A stretch of 64,000 bases of DNA from Gammaproteobacteria bacterium (GTDB lineage: Bacteria > Pseudomonadota > Gammaproteobacteria > Steroidobacterales > Woeseiaceae), in assembly GCA_029884165.1 (NCBI GenBank), contig JAOUIH010000004.1, forward strand, positions 21,011 to 85,010. The letters are read 5' to 3'. A program made the position numbers and the translations under genes. The notes below the pieces were generated by a model. That model saw only the letters and a program-made list of their open reading frames with translations. It made no database searches and had not been told where the DNA came from. This document shows, in pieces, positions 1-10,412 of this stretch (the stretch's first letter is position 1; each line of letters opens with the position of its first letter).

Positions 1-474
1 CAGACCGGTCACCTGGTGCTGTCGACGCTGCACACCAATGACGCGCCGCGGACGCTGACGCGTCTCGTGGACATGGGCGTCAAGCCCTACGCGATCGCGA
101 CCTCGGTCAGCCTGATCATCGCCCAGCGCCTGGCACGGAAGCTCTGCGACAACTGCAAGGAAGTGCGGGACATACCGCGCGAGGCGCTGTTGAAGGAAGG
201 ATTCCGCGCCGAGGACATCGAACGCGGGCTGGAGATCTTCGGCCCGGTCGGCTGCAAGTCCTGTAATGACGGCTACAAGGGACGAATCGGCATATTTCAG
301 GTGATGGAAGTGTCCGACACGATCGGCCGAATCATCATGGAAGGCGGCAACGCAATGCAGATCGCCGAGCAGGCGGTCAAGGAAGGCGTCATCGACCTGC
401 GCCGCGCGGGGCTCAACAAGGTCAGGTCTGGCCTGACGAGCCTCGAAGAAATCAACCGGGTGACCGTCGAGTGA
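1..474 (+). CDS. pilB: Type IV pilus assembly ATPase PilB, C-terminal fragment (gene starts upstream of window)
   Basis: Frame is open from nt 1 (QTGHLVLSTLHTNDAP...). It has the GspE/PilB-type C-terminal Cys cluster (CDNC...CKSC) and is followed directly by pilC and pilD. Confidence 0.9.
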   Translation, partial: QTGHLVLSTLHTNDAPRTLTRLVDMGVKPYAIATSVSLIIAQRLARKLCDNCKEVRDIPREALLKEGFRAEDIERGLEIFGPVGCKSCNDGYKGRIGIFQVMEVSDTIGRIIMEGGNAMQIAEQAVKEGVIDLRRAGLNKVRSGLTSLEEINRVTVE

Positions 475-497
475 CGGGATAGGCCTAATGGAAGGGA

Positions 498-1724
498 ATG
501 CAAATGGCTGAGTCAGCGACAATGGGTAACATGCCCTTCGTCTGGGAAGGGACGGACCGCAAGGGCAACAAGATCAAGGGCAAGTCTATGGCGGCGAGCG
601 AGGCTGCCGTTCGCGCCGATCTGCGCCGCCAGGGCGTCGTTCCGAGCCGGATCAAGAAACAGAGCCAGGGACTGTTCCATCGTGGCGGCAAGATCACGAC
701 CGCCGACATCGCGATATTCAGCCGCCAGCTCGCGACTATGCTGGCCGCCGGCATCCCGCTCGTCCAGGCCTTCGAGATCGTCGGCAACGGCCACGAAAAC
801 GCCGCCATGCAGAAACTGATCCTCGCGATCAAAGCAGACGTCGAGGGCGGCAGTTCGCTGGCCGAGTCGCTGGGCAAGCATCCGCTGTACTTCGACGACT
901 TGTTCGTGAACCTCGTCGAATCCGGCGAACAGGCGGGCGCGCTGGAGACGCTGCTCGACAAGATCGCGACGTACAAGGAAAAGACCGAGGCGGTCAAGAA
1001 GAAGATCAAGAAAGCGCTGACCTACCCGGCAGCAGTGGTCGTCGTCGCCTTCGTCGTTACGATCATCCTGATGATTTTCGTCATCCCGGCCTTCGAGGAC
1101 CTCTTTAGAGGTTTCGGCGCCGATCTGCCGGCATTCACGCGACTGGTCATCGACGTGTCGCAGTTCATCCGCGACAAGGGATGGTTCCTCGCCATACTCA
1201 TCGGCGCCGGGTTCAGCACGTTCTTCTATTTCAAGAAGCGCTCCAAGGCGCTGCGCCACTGGATCGACCGCGTGGCCCTGAAGATCCCCATCATCGGCCC
1301 GATCCTGAAAAAGGCCGCCATCGCCCGTTACGCGCGCACGCTCTCGACGATGTTCAGCGCCGGCGTTCCGCTGGTCGAGGCGCTGGAGTCGGTGGCCGGC
1401 GCAACCGGCAATATCGTGTACGAGGTCGGCGTGCTGCGCATGCGCGACGAAGTGTCGACGGGCCAGCGCCTGCAGCAGGCGATGGAGAACACGGACCTGT
1501 TTCCGAACATGGTCATCCAGATGATCGCCGTCGGCGAAGAGTCGGGCTCTCTCGACGACATGTCGTCGAAAGTCGCCGATTTCTACGAGGAAGACGTGGA
1601 CAATGCCGTGGATAACCTGAGCAGCCTGCTGGAACCGATGATCATGGCGATCCTCGGCGTGCTGGTCGGCGGCCTGGTCGTCGCGATGTACCTGCCGATC
1701 TTCAAGATGGGTGCGGTTATCTGA
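498..1724 (+). CDS. pilC: Type IV pilus inner-membrane platform protein PilC (GspF family)
   Basis: 408 aa with two GspF-like repeats (FSRQLATMLAAGIPLVQA / LSTMFSAGVPLVEAL) and a C-terminal PIFKMG. A GGAAGGGA Shine-Dalgarno sits before the ATG, and the gene lies between pilB and pilD. Confidence 0.92.
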   Translation: MQMAESATMGNMPFVWEGTDRKGNKIKGKSMAASEAAVRADLRRQGVVPSRIKKQSQGLFHRGGKITTADIAIFSRQLATMLAAGIPLVQAFEIVGNGHENAAMQKLILAIKADVEGGSSLAESLGKHPLYFDDLFVNLVESGEQAGALETLLDKIATYKEKTEAVKKKIKKALTYPAAVVVVAFVVTIILMIFVIPAFEDLFRGFGADLPAFTRLVIDVSQFIRDKGWFLAILIGAGFSTFFYFKKRSKALRHWIDRVALKIPIIGPILKKAAIARYARTLSTMFSAGVPLVEALESVAGATGNIVYEVGVLRMRDEVSTGQRLQQAMENTDLFPNMVIQMIAVGEESGSLDDMSSKVADFYEEDVDNAVDNLSSLLEPMIMAILGVLVGGLVVAMYLPIFKMGAVI

Positions 1725-1754
1725 ACGAGCGGGACGCGCATTGGTGAAACCGGT

Positions 1755-1785
1755 AGCGGCGCCCGAGGGCGCCGCTGTCGTTTGG
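1755..1785 (+). terminator. Stem-loop after pilC (AGCGGCGCC-CGAG-GGCGCCGCT) with a weak T tail
   Basis: 9-bp perfect GC-rich stem read directly, followed by GTCGTTTGG. The weak U-tract makes it a possible attenuator between pilC and pilD. Confidence 0.4.
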
Positions 1786-1813
1786 ACAATCGAAAAATCG
1801 TAAGATTACCCTC

Positions 1814-2698
1814 ATGCATGAACTCTTCACCGATATACCGCTGAGCTTCGCGGCCGCCCTGTTCCTGTTCGCGCTGCTAGTCGGCAGTTTCCTCAATGTC
1901 GTCATCCACCGGCTGCCGATCATGATGGAGCGCGAGTGGCGCGATCAGTGCGCCGAGCTCGCGGCATCACCTGCATCCGAGTTGCCGGAGGGACGATTCG
2001 ACCTTGTCGCACCGCGATCGCGCTGCCCGTCCTGCGGCACGCAGATCACCGCGCTGCAGAACATTCCGGTACTGAGCTACCTCTGGCTGCGTGGCAAGTG
2101 CGCACATTGCGGCGTACAGATCCCGGTACGTTACCCGGCGATCGAATTGCTGACGGCCATCGCGACGGCGCTGGCCGGCTGGCGCTTCGGATTCGGCTGG
2201 GAGGCGGCTGCCGCCGTGTTGATGACCTGGGCGCTGATCGCCACCAGCTTCATCGACATCGATCACCAGATTATCCCCGACTCGATATCGCTGCCGCTGG
2301 TCTGGATCGGCCTCGGCCTGTCGCTGTTCCATCCGATCGATGGCGCCGAAACACTCTTCATCGACCCCAGGACCAGCATCGTCGGCGCGCTGGCGGGCTA
2401 TCTCAGCCTCTGGAGTGTGTACCACGTGTTCCGGCTCGTCACCGGCAAGGAGGGTATGGGTTACGGCGACTTCAAGTTGCTGGCTGCCCTCGGCGCATGG
2501 CTCGGCTGGCAGCTGCTGCCGATGATCATCCTGCTATCGGCGGTCGTCGGCGCGGTGATCGGCATAAGCATGATCGTCATCCGGCGGCACGACCGGAATG
2601 TACCGATACCGTTCGGGCCGTATCTCGCTGCCGCCGGCTGGGTCGCGATGCTGTACGGTTCGGAGATCATGGACCTCTACCTCGGCTACCTGCACTAG
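1814..2698 (+). CDS. pilD: Prepilin peptidase / N-methyltransferase PilD (A24 family)
   Basis: 294 aa, polytopic. It has paired CxxC motifs (CPSCG, CAHCG) and the GMGYGDFKL catalytic-Asp motif. Confidence 0.92.
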   Translation: MHELFTDIPLSFAAALFLFALLVGSFLNVVIHRLPIMMEREWRDQCAELAASPASELPEGRFDLVAPRSRCPSCGTQITALQNIPVLSYLWLRGKCAHCGVQIPVRYPAIELLTAIATALAGWRFGFGWEAAAAVLMTWALIATSFIDIDHQIIPDSISLPLVWIGLGLSLFHPIDGAETLFIDPRTSIVGALAGYLSLWSVYHVFRLVTGKEGMGYGDFKLLAALGAWLGWQLLPMIILLSAVVGAVIGISMIVIRRHDRNVPIPFGPYLAAAGWVAMLYGSEIMDLYLGYLH

Positions 2699-2720
2699 CC
2701 GCAGGTCGAGCGTGAGCGCG

Positions 2721-3356
2721 ATGGGGAGCAACAGCAGGCGTGCCGACAGGCCTTACACGGTCGGGCTGACCGGCGGGATCGCCAGCGGCAAATCCACGGT
2801 GGCGGATATGTTCGCAGCGCTGGGCGTTCCGGTCATCGACACGGACGTCATTGCCCGCCAGGTCGTCGAGCCCGGGCAGCCGGCGCTCGCAGAAATTCGT
2901 GAGACCTTCGGTGAGAGCGTGATCCGTTCCGACGGCACGCTCGACCGCCAGGCGCTCCGGGCGATCGTCTTCGCAGACCCGTCGAAACGCATGCGGCTCG
3001 AGTCCATGCTGCACCCGCGGATTCGGGCCGAAGCCGCGCGGCAGTCGGCCGCCGCCGATGGCCCGTACCAGATCGTCGTCGTGCCGCTCCTGGCCGAATC
3101 GCCGATGAAGCGGGACATGGACCGCATACTGGTCATCGACTGCAGCGAAGAGGTGCAGCTCGCTCGCCTGCTCGCGCGAGACAACGAAACCGAAGCACAG
3201 GCCCGACGCATCATGGCGTCGCAGGCAAGCCGCGAGGAGCGGCTGCACATCGCCGACGACGTCGTTCGCAACGACGGTAATCGCGAGGAGACCGAGCGAC
3301 AGGTCCGCATGCTCCATCGCCGTTATGTCGAGCTGGCCGGTCGAGAGGGCAGCTGA
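2721..3356 (+). CDS. coaE: Dephospho-CoA kinase
   Basis: P-loop GLTGGIASGKST lies near the N-terminus when started at ATG 2721. The track ORF start at 2598 overlaps pilD and looks like an extension. Confidence 0.9.
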   Translation: MGSNSRRADRPYTVGLTGGIASGKSTVADMFAALGVPVIDTDVIARQVVEPGQPALAEIRETFGESVIRSDGTLDRQALRAIVFADPSKRMRLESMLHPRIRAEAARQSAAADGPYQIVVVPLLAESPMKRDMDRILVIDCSEEVQLARLLARDNETEAQARRIMASQASREERLHIADDVVRNDGNREETERQVRMLHRRYVELAGREGS

Positions 3357-3373
3357 CTGGATACTGTCGCCGT

Positions 3374-3398
3374 CGGGCGACGTGCCCGGTTTTGTTTG
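3374..3398 (+). terminator. Intrinsic-terminator-like hairpin after coaE (CGGGC-GACGT-GCCCG + GTTTTGTTTG)
   Basis: Stem and T-rich tail read directly. It lies inside the TTG-started extension of the zapD ORF, which argues for the later ATG 3431 start. Confidence 0.45.
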
Positions 3399-3430
3399 CC
3401 CTGCATGTGACCGTGGCGCAAAATACGCCG

Positions 3431-4234
3431 ATGATCAAGGCCGCCGCATCCGCCCCGACGACCGAGGAGAGCCCCCGGTTATGGGAATTCGAGCAGCCGC
3501 TCAGCGAGCGGATGCGGACATTCATGCGCCTCGAATTCCTGTACCAGCAGATGCTCTACAACAGCGAGAACGAGTCCGACTGGGCAAGTCGGGCCGCCAT
3601 CGGCAGCCTGCTGGACATCATGTCTATCCTGACTCGCGGCGACATGCGCGCCGACATTATGAAGGAGCTCGACCGGCAGCTCGACCTGCTCCGGCGCTTC
3701 CAGGAGCAGCCCGAGGTGGACGTGACCCGGCTCGACTCGCTGATCCGAAATTTCTCGGCGATACGCCAGGAGCTGCAGGGTGTCGGCATGAATTACCTGC
3801 AATCGATCAAGGAGAGCGAGTTTCTCGGGGCCATCAAGCATCGAAGCTCGATACCGGGAGGCACCTGCGAGTTCGACCTGCCGGCCTACAGCCACTGGCT
3901 GCGGCAGCCCTTCGACCGGCGTAGGGCGGACTTGTTGCGCTGGCTTACGCTCATTCGTCCGATCTGTGACGCAGTCATGGAATTGCTGTGGCTGATCCGG
4001 GAATGCGCACAGCCGACCCGCAGGCTCGCGATAGGCGGGATGTACCAGCACACGATGGCGAAGGACAACGGCTGCCAGCTGATACGCGTGAGCCTGGCGC
4101 CGGGGGCTCCGTTCTTTCCCGAGATCAGCGGGAACCAGCACCGCTTCACGGTGCGCTTTCTCGAATGGTCGTCGATCGACAGCCGGGCGACGCAGACCGG
4201 CCACGACGTCAGTTTTCGCCTTAGCCTGTGCTGA
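3431..4234 (+). CDS. zapD: Cell division protein ZapD (YacF family)
   Basis: EFEQPLSERMRTFMRLEFLYQQ resembles the ZapD N-terminus (E. coli [21 protein letters not shown]). It follows coaE as in E. coli. The start is uncertain (TTG 3392, GTG 3407/3413 or ATG 3431). Confidence 0.8.
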   Translation: MIKAAASAPTTEESPRLWEFEQPLSERMRTFMRLEFLYQQMLYNSENESDWASRAAIGSLLDIMSILTRGDMRADIMKELDRQLDLLRRFQEQPEVDVTRLDSLIRNFSAIRQELQGVGMNYLQSIKESEFLGAIKHRSSIPGGTCEFDLPAYSHWLRQPFDRRRADLLRWLTLIRPICDAVMELLWLIRECAQPTRRLAIGGMYQHTMAKDNGCQLIRVSLAPGAPFFPEISGNQHRFTVRFLEWSSIDSRATQTGHDVSFRLSLC

Positions 4235-4255
4235 ACCCGGCACCGGCCGCCCGAA

Positions 4256-4660
4256 TCACCCAGGGACCCGTAGCGCCTCGATGACCGGCGCGTCGGCGGG
4301 CAGCAGGTCCAGCCTGCCAAGCTCGGTCCGCGTCACCCAGCGAACTGCCTGCCCTTCCAGGCCCGCCGGAACGCCCGCCCACCTGCTGACGATGAAAAAA
4401 TCGATGCTGACCTGGCGATCCGGGTAGCGGTGCTCGAGAGACAGCAGGAATTCCCAGTCACGCGCTTCGATGCCGAGCTCTTCGGCCAGTTCGCGGCACA
4501 GCGCGTCAGCCGCCGCTTCGCCCTCGCCGATCTTGCCGCCTGGGAACTCCCAGTAACCCGGGAAGGCGGGATCGCCGAGTCGCTCGGAAACGAGGATCCG
4601 CCCCTCCGCGTCGAGCAGGATGCCTGCAGCGACCCGGATAGACTTCAACTCGGACGCCAC
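4256..4660 (-). CDS. mutT: Nudix hydrolase, MutT-like 8-oxo-dGTP diphosphatase
   Basis: Nudix box GGKIGEGEAAADALCRELAEELGI. It lies immediately downstream of secA, as in E. coli and Pseudomonas. Confidence 0.85.
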   Translation of the reverse strand: MASELKSIRVAAGILLDAEGRILVSERLGDPAFPGYWEFPGGKIGEGEAAADALCRELAEELGIEARDWEFLLSLEHRYPDRQVSIDFFIVSRWAGVPAGLEGQAVRWVTRTELGRLDLLPADAPVIEALRVPG

Positions 4661-4679
4661 GCCGCGCCGTGTATCCGTT

Positions 4680-7412
4680 TCAGCTCAGCTGGCCGTGACA
4701 CTGCTTGTACTTCTTGCCGGAGCCGCATGGGCAGGGTTCGTTGCGCCCGACCTTCCGCTCCTCGCGTACGAACGGGGACTGGTGCTCGACCGGTTGTGCG
4801 GCAGCCGGCCCGGGGGCACGCGGACCAGGCGCCGCCGCCGGCGCCTGCGCCGGCAGTGCCGATGCCTCAGCGTGCTTGAATTCCATGGCCTGGGCGGCGC
4901 GGCGCTGCGCCTCCATGCGCGCCACGTCCTGCTCGCTCTGGATACGGACGCGCGACAGGATGCTGATCGTGTCGTGCTTCACCTGCTCGAGCATCTGGCC
5001 GAACATCTCGAACGCCTCCCGCTTGTACTCCTGCTTCGGATTCTTCTGCGCGTAGCCACGCAGCCCGATACCCTGGCGCAGGTAATCCATTGCCGCAAGG
5101 TGCTCTTTCCAATGCAGGTCGAGCTGCCGGAGCATGACCTCTTTTTCGACCAGGCGCATCAGCTGGGAGCCGATACTCTCCTCTTTTTGCTCATATGCCT
5201 GCTGTACCAGCTCGATGCAGCGCGCGCGTATCCCTTCCGCGTTGATCTTCGGATCTTCGCGGACCAGCCGCGAGACGTCGAACTGGATCAGGAACTCACG
5301 CTCCAGCGCATGCGTCAGGGCGGTCGTGTCCCACATGTCCTCCAGGCTACCCGGTGGAACAGACTGGTCGACGACGTCACCGACGACCTCGTCGCGAATT
5401 GCGGCTATCGAATCCTTGATCTCGTCCGCCGCCATCAGCTCGGATCGCTGGTGGTAGACGACGCGACGCTGGTCATTCGCTACGTCATCGTATTCGAGCA
5501 GATTCTTGCGGATATCGAAGTTATGCGACTCCACCTTGCGCTGTGCCCGCTCTATCTGCCGCGTCAGGAGACGGCTCTCGATCGCTTCTCCCTCGCGCAT
5601 GCCGGCGCGCGACAACAGCGCCTTCGTGCGCGCGGGATCGCCGAAGATCCGCATCAGGTTGTCTTCCATCGACAGGTAAAAGCGGCTCGAACCGGGATCG
5701 CCCTGCCGGCCGGATCGGCCACGCAGCTGGTTATCGATTCGACGTGACTCGTGCCGCTCGGTGCCGATGATGTGCAGGCCGCCGGCGGCAATGACCTCTT
5801 CGTGCCTCTTCTGCCAGTCCGCCCGGACCGCATCGCGATCGGCTCCCTCGCCGGCAGCCGCCAGTTCGGCATTCAGGTTGCCGCCGAGCACGATGTCGGT
5901 ACCGCGGCCGGCCATGTTCGTCGCGATCGTCACCGCACCCGGGCGACCCGCTTGCTGCACGATGACGGCCTCGCGTTCGTGCTGTTTCGCGTTCAGAACT
6001 TCGTGCGTGATTTCCTTTTTCTTCAGCAGCGCAGCCAGGTACTCCGAGGTCTCGATCGACGTCGTGCCGACGAGCACCGGCTGGGTGCGACCCTGGCAAT
6101 CGATGATGTCCTCGATGATCGCGTCGAACTTGTCCTTCTGCGTCAGGTAGACGAGATCGGGCATGTCGTCCCGGACCATCGGCTTGTGGGTCGGGATGAC
6201 GACGACCTCGAGGCCGTAGATCGACTGGAACTCGAACGCTTCCGTGTCGGCCGTGCCCGTCATGCCTGCGAGCTTGTCGTACATGCGAAAATAGTTCTGG
6301 AACGTGATAGACGCAACTGTTTGATTTTCTTGCTTAATTCGCACCCCTTCCTTGGCTTCGATCGCCTGGTGCAGCCCGTCGGACCAGCGCCGCCCGACCA
6401 TCGTTCGGCCGGTGAATTCGTCGACGATGACGATCTCGCCGTCCTTCACTATATATTCGACATCCCGGCTGTACATCACGTGCGCGCGCAGCGCAGCGTT
6501 CAGGTGATGCATCAGCCGAATATTGCCGGCGTCATACAGGCTCTGGCCCTCGCCCAGCAGACCGGCCTGAGACATCATCTCCTCGACGTGCTGGTGCCCT
6601 TCATCGGTCAGGTAAACCTGCTTGGTCTTTTCGTCCTTCGTGTAATCGCCAGGACCGTCTTCTTCCTTCTGCTCTCGCAGTTTCGGAATGAGCTTGTTGA
6701 TCTTCAGGTAGAGATCGGTGCTCTCCTCGGTCGGCCCGGAGATAATGAGCGGTGTGCGCGCCTCGTCGATGAGGATAGAATCCACTTCGTCGACGATCGC
6801 GAAGTGCAGCGTGCGCTGCACGCGGTCTTTGAGCGAAAACGCGAGATTGTCGCGCAGATAGTCGAAACCAAGTTCGTTATTCGTGGCGTACGTTATATCG
6901 GCACCGTAGGCCTCGGTCTTCTCCTGGTGCGTCTGGCCACTCTTCGTTACGCCGACGGTCAGGCCGAGGAACTCGTAGACCGGACGCATCCAGTCGGCAT
7001 CGCGCTGTGCGAGATACTCGTTGACAGTGACGATGTGCACGCCGTTACCGCTCAAGGCGTTGAGGTACGCGGGTAACGTGGCAACCAGCGTCTTGCCCTC
7101 GCCGGTACGCATCTCGGAAATGTTTCCATCGTGCAGGACCATGCCGCCGATCAACTGCACGTCGAATGGCCGCAAGCCCAGCGTGCGCCACGCAGCTTCG
7201 CGTGCGACCGCGAATGCCTCGGGCAGCAGCTCATCAACGGTTGCGCCGTCGTCAATGCGTCCCCGGAACTCGGCCGTCTTCGCGGCAAGCTCCGCGTCGC
7301 TGAGCGCCTTGATGCCCTCTTCGAACGAATTTATCTTTGCGACGATCTTCGAATAAGCGCGTAACAGTCGCTGGTTCCGGCTGCCGAAGATGCGGGTCAA
7401 GAAATTGGCCAC
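4680..7412 (-). CDS. secA: Preprotein translocase ATPase SecA
   Basis: 910 aa with the motor motif [19 protein letters not shown] and the C-terminal zinc finger [14 protein letters not shown]. It has a GTG start preceded by AGGAG. Confidence 0.97.
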   Translation of the reverse strand: MANFLTRIFGSRNQRLLRAYSKIVAKINSFEEGIKALSDAELAAKTAEFRGRIDDGATVDELLPEAFAVAREAAWRTLGLRPFDVQLIGGMVLHDGNISEMRTGEGKTLVATLPAYLNALSGNGVHIVTVNEYLAQRDADWMRPVYEFLGLTVGVTKSGQTHQEKTEAYGADITYATNNELGFDYLRDNLAFSLKDRVQRTLHFAIVDEVDSILIDEARTPLIISGPTEESTDLYLKINKLIPKLREQKEEDGPGDYTKDEKTKQVYLTDEGHQHVEEMMSQAGLLGEGQSLYDAGNIRLMHHLNAALRAHVMYSRDVEYIVKDGEIVIVDEFTGRTMVGRRWSDGLHQAIEAKEGVRIKQENQTVASITFQNYFRMYDKLAGMTGTADTEAFEFQSIYGLEVVVIPTHKPMVRDDMPDLVYLTQKDKFDAIIEDIIDCQGRTQPVLVGTTSIETSEYLAALLKKKEITHEVLNAKQHEREAVIVQQAGRPGAVTIATNMAGRGTDIVLGGNLNAELAAAGEGADRDAVRADWQKRHEEVIAAGGLHIIGTERHESRRIDNQLRGRSGRQGDPGSSRFYLSMEDNLMRIFGDPARTKALLSRAGMREGEAIESRLLTRQIERAQRKVESHNFDIRKNLLEYDDVANDQRRVVYHQRSELMAADEIKDSIAAIRDEVVGDVVDQSVPPGSLEDMWDTTALTHALEREFLIQFDVSRLVREDPKINAEGIRARCIELVQQAYEQKEESIGSQLMRLVEKEVMLRQLDLHWKEHLAAMDYLRQGIGLRGYAQKNPKQEYKREAFEMFGQMLEQVKHDTISILSRVRIQSEQDVARMEAQRRAAQAMEFKHAEASALPAQAPAAAPGPRAPGPAAAQPVEHQSPFVREERKVGRNEPCPCGSGKKYKQCHGQLS

Positions 7413-7590
7413 TTAGGGCTCCTGGATCGCTGTCCGGCGACGGCCGCGCGGGCCGCGCACAAAGACGGGTATTTTACGGATAACACATTGTTTTGTCTGC
7501 CCGACGCAGGTCGCCAGGCTGGGCAGGGTCGGCACAGGTGACGCCGGAGGCACTTTTACCGGGGAGGGAGAGCCCCCCGTCCGCAGGGAC

Positions 7591-8523
7591 TCACTCGGAC
7601 TGCTGGATAAACTTGACGGGATTGACGCGCTGGCCGCGATGCAGCACTTCGAAATGAAGGTTCGGGCCGGTAGCGCGCCCGGTGTCACCCATCAGTGCCA
7701 CGGTCTGCCCCTTGCGTACCTCTTCGCCGACGCCGACGAGATTTTCGAGGTTGTGCGCGTAACGCGTCGAATAGCCGTTGCCGTGATTGATTTCGACCAT
7801 CTGGCCGTAACCGTAGCGCTTCGCCGACCAGGTGACCACGCCGTCCGCGACGGCCAGGATCTCTGCACCTTCCTTGCCGGCGAAGTCGACGCCCATGTGG
7901 TTCGCCGGCTTGCCGGTGAAGGGGTCGGTCCGCTTGCCGAAGTAAGAGGACATCCACCCGGCCCGTACCGGGCGCCCCTTCGGGTATACGCGCTCGCTCA
8001 GGTTCTGGTTCATGAGCACCGACTCGAGCGCGCCGAGCTGAGCCTCGCGGCTGTCGAGCTGGGAGCCGAGATCGGCCATCGCCAGCAGCACCTCCGGAAC
8101 GGCAACCGAACCCGCCATATTCTCCGGCTCTTCTTCCGGTCCGCCCATCGCGGGCTCGGATTCGAAATCGAATTCACCGTCGTCGAGGTCCGCCATTTCG
8201 GTCAGGCGCTTGCCGAGTGCATCGAGACGGATTACCCGGGCATTCATCTGGCCGATACGCAGTGCCAGCGCATCCAGGGTATCTTCGGTCTCCTGGCGAA
8301 TCTGGACGATGTGCTCCTGCTCGGATTCGAGTTCGGTGCTCAGGGACCTGACCCGTTCGACGCTGACCCCGGATCCGGTATGGGCCGAGTAGAGGTAGCC
8401 CCCGTAGAACGCGGCGGCGCACAGGCAGCCCGCCATGAACGTACCGAGAGTGGCAACGGCGGTGCCTGACAGGCTGATCTGTCTGGGTCGGCCGAAGCCC
8501 TTGCCGAAAATGACAACATTCAT
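7591..8523 (-). CDS. M23 (LytM-type) metallopeptidase with N-terminal TM and coiled-coil region
   Basis: Intact catalytic motifs HMGVDFAG and GPNLHFEV. ATG 8523 gives an N-terminal TM helix (TLGTFMAGCLCAAAFYGGYLY); the track start at 8601 is TTG. Confidence 0.85.
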   Translation of the reverse strand: MNVVIFGKGFGRPRQISLSGTAVATLGTFMAGCLCAAAFYGGYLYSAHTGSGVSVERVRSLSTELESEQEHIVQIRQETEDTLDALALRIGQMNARVIRLDALGKRLTEMADLDDGEFDFESEPAMGGPEEEPENMAGSVAVPEVLLAMADLGSQLDSREAQLGALESVLMNQNLSERVYPKGRPVRAGWMSSYFGKRTDPFTGKPANHMGVDFAGKEGAEILAVADGVVTWSAKRYGYGQMVEINHGNGYSTRYAHNLENLVGVGEEVRKGQTVALMGDTGRATGPNLHFEVLHRGQRVNPVKFIQQSE

Positions 8524-8838
8524 CGAGTACGCCCCGGATGCGCAGAAGTTCGTTCCAACGCAGTTTGTCCGTAAGTTCTTGAGCCGCAAGCCCGCAGCCA
8601 AGACGGGTGCGTTGTGCTTATTTTAAGCTCGCGTGCAATCGTCACTTCGGTAACCCCGCCATCATAGGACCCCTCGTCCCTTAGATCGGTGGCTTTGCGT
8701 CCCCGTCTTTCGGCGGGTATGCCCTTATCGAGTAGGCGAACTATGCATAATGCCGATTTTTATTACAAGATTGGGTCTCCAGAACCTTGATTCCGGTCAC
8801 CGGCTATAATCCGAAACCGCTAACTTCGTCACACTTCA

Positions 8839-9135
8839 ATGCCTATTTCCCGCCTCGACAAGCTTTTGAAGTCGGCCCCGGCCGGCAGTCTGGATAAAAT
8901 TATCCAGCACGCTCAAGAAATGGAGGGCCTGACGGAGCGCCTCAGACAGGCGCTGGGCCCGGAACTCGGTCGTGAGCTGGTGGCCGCCAACCTGCGGGAA
9001 AGCGGCGAACTGGTCCTGATCTGTTCGTCATCGGCCTGGGCGGCCAGGCTTCGTTTCGAGGCGGACCGGCTGGTCGAATTATTGTGCGCGTCCGGCGAGC
9101 GCGTGTCCGGCTGCCGGGTGAAGGTCAGCCCCTAG
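8839..9135 (+). CDS. Small DUF721 / DciA-like protein
   Basis: 98 aa. The core ...GELVLICSSSAWAARLRFEADRLVELL resembles the DUF721 pattern as I remember it. Its position between lpxC and the M23/secA genes matches Pseudomonas-type synteny. There is no clear Shine-Dalgarno. Confidence 0.6.
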   Translation: MPISRLDKLLKSAPAGSLDKIIQHAQEMEGLTERLRQALGPELGRELVAANLRESGELVLICSSSAWAARLRFEADRLVELLCASGERVSGCRVKVSP

Positions 9136-9180
9136 AAGCTCCGTTTCTCGACCGGCTGCCAGCGCTGCGCGGTCCGGGCC

Positions 9181-10089
9181 TCAGGCATATGCCGTCGTCG
9201 CATAGGATATCGGCGCCTTGCGGACATCGTCGAAAGTCACTTCCTCCCACGCCGACGTGTCCTTCAGCAGCGTGCGCATCAGCTTGTTGTTCAGGTCGTG
9301 ACCCGACTTGTGGGCGGAGAACTCCCCGATGACGCTGTGCCCTAGCAGGTATATGTCGCCGATTGCGTCGAGGATCTTGTGGATGACGAATTCGTTCGAA
9401 TATCGCAGCCCGTCTTCGTTCAGGATGCGGAAATCGTCGAGCACGATCGCGTTATCCATGCTGCCACCGAGCGTCAGGTTGCGCGCCCGCAGGGTTTCGA
9501 CATCCCTGAGGAAACAGAAGGTTCGGGCCCGGCTGATTTCCTTCAGGAACGACGTCGATGAAAAATCGATCGACGCGTCCTGCCTGAGCTTGTTGAAGAC
9601 GGGATGATTGAAGGCGATCTCGAAATTGACCTTGAACCCATTGAATGGCGTCAGCTCCGCCCACTTGTCGCCGTCCTCGACGCGGACCTTCTTCCGGATG
9701 CGGATGAGGCGCTTCGGCGCATGCTGCTCCTCGATGCCCGCCGACTGCAGCAGGAAGACGAAGGGCCCGGCGCTGCCGTCCATGATCGGCACTTCGGGCG
9801 CGGACAGGTCGACGAACAGGTTGTCGATACCCAGGCCGGCCAGTGCCGACATCAGGTGCTCGACGGTCGCCACTTTGACGCCGTCTCGAACGAGCGTCGT
9901 GCCAAGCATCGTCTCACCGACGAGTTCTGCGTCGGCCGGTATTTCGACCGGCTCGTCCAGGTCGACGCGGCGAAACACGATGCCGGTATTTTCGGCCGCA
10001 GGGCGCAAGGTCATGTAGACCTTTTCGCCGGTGTGCAAACCGACGCCGGTCGCCCTGATGGCGGTCTTCAGAGTACGCTGTCGAAGCAT
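9181..10089 (-). CDS. lpxC: UDP-3-O-acyl-GlcNAc deacetylase
   Basis: 302 aa with the N-terminus [19 protein letters not shown] typical of LpxC. It lies downstream of ftsZ. Confidence 0.95.
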   Translation of the reverse strand: MLRQRTLKTAIRATGVGLHTGEKVYMTLRPAAENTGIVFRRVDLDEPVEIPADAELVGETMLGTTLVRDGVKVATVEHLMSALAGLGIDNLFVDLSAPEVPIMDGSAGPFVFLLQSAGIEEQHAPKRLIRIRKKVRVEDGDKWAELTPFNGFKVNFEIAFNHPVFNKLRQDASIDFSSTSFLKEISRARTFCFLRDVETLRARNLTLGGSMDNAIVLDDFRILNEDGLRYSNEFVIHKILDAIGDIYLLGHSVIGEFSAHKSGHDLNNKLMRTLLKDTSAWEEVTFDDVRKAPISYATTAYA

Positions 10090-10412
10090 GTCAAGAATCT
10101 CTCGATCGGGATCCGCCCGGTATGCAAGCGAGCGGGGCGGCCGGCCATCGGGATCGGTGTCTGCAGCGCGTGTCGCGCGGGCGCCACCGTGAATTCAATG
10201 TCTTACGCCGGATACGTCGACCAATTTGGGCGGCAAGCGTAGCACAGCGCGAAAAATCACCGCAATAAGAACGGGATCGCCGGGCCCCGGAGGGCACCGG
10301 CGAATCCCCGAGTCCCCGTCGTCGGGACAGGGCCGGCCCGCAGGCAGCGGACCGGCCCGAGCGGAGTGTCGTCCCGCGACGGGATCCTGCGGCTGGCATC
10401 CTGGCCGGCCGG

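Noticed and set aside
5751-7076. 441-aa plus-strand ORF, and similar ORFs at 4620-5747, 10195-11433, 10615-11928, 11801-12946, 13687-14640, 14706-15884, 15965-17284, 18207-19388, 19340-20809, 39692-41035
   Set aside because: All lie antisense to, or in alternative frames of, strongly supported core genes (secA, ftsZ, ftsA, ddl, murB, murC, ftsW, murD, murA). They have the biased composition expected of non-coding frames in high-GC DNA.
7413-7590. secM-like regulatory leader ORF upstream of secA
   Set aside because: The only ATG-initiated ORF in the 178-nt spacer is 4 codons long. No arrest-peptide-like sequence is present.
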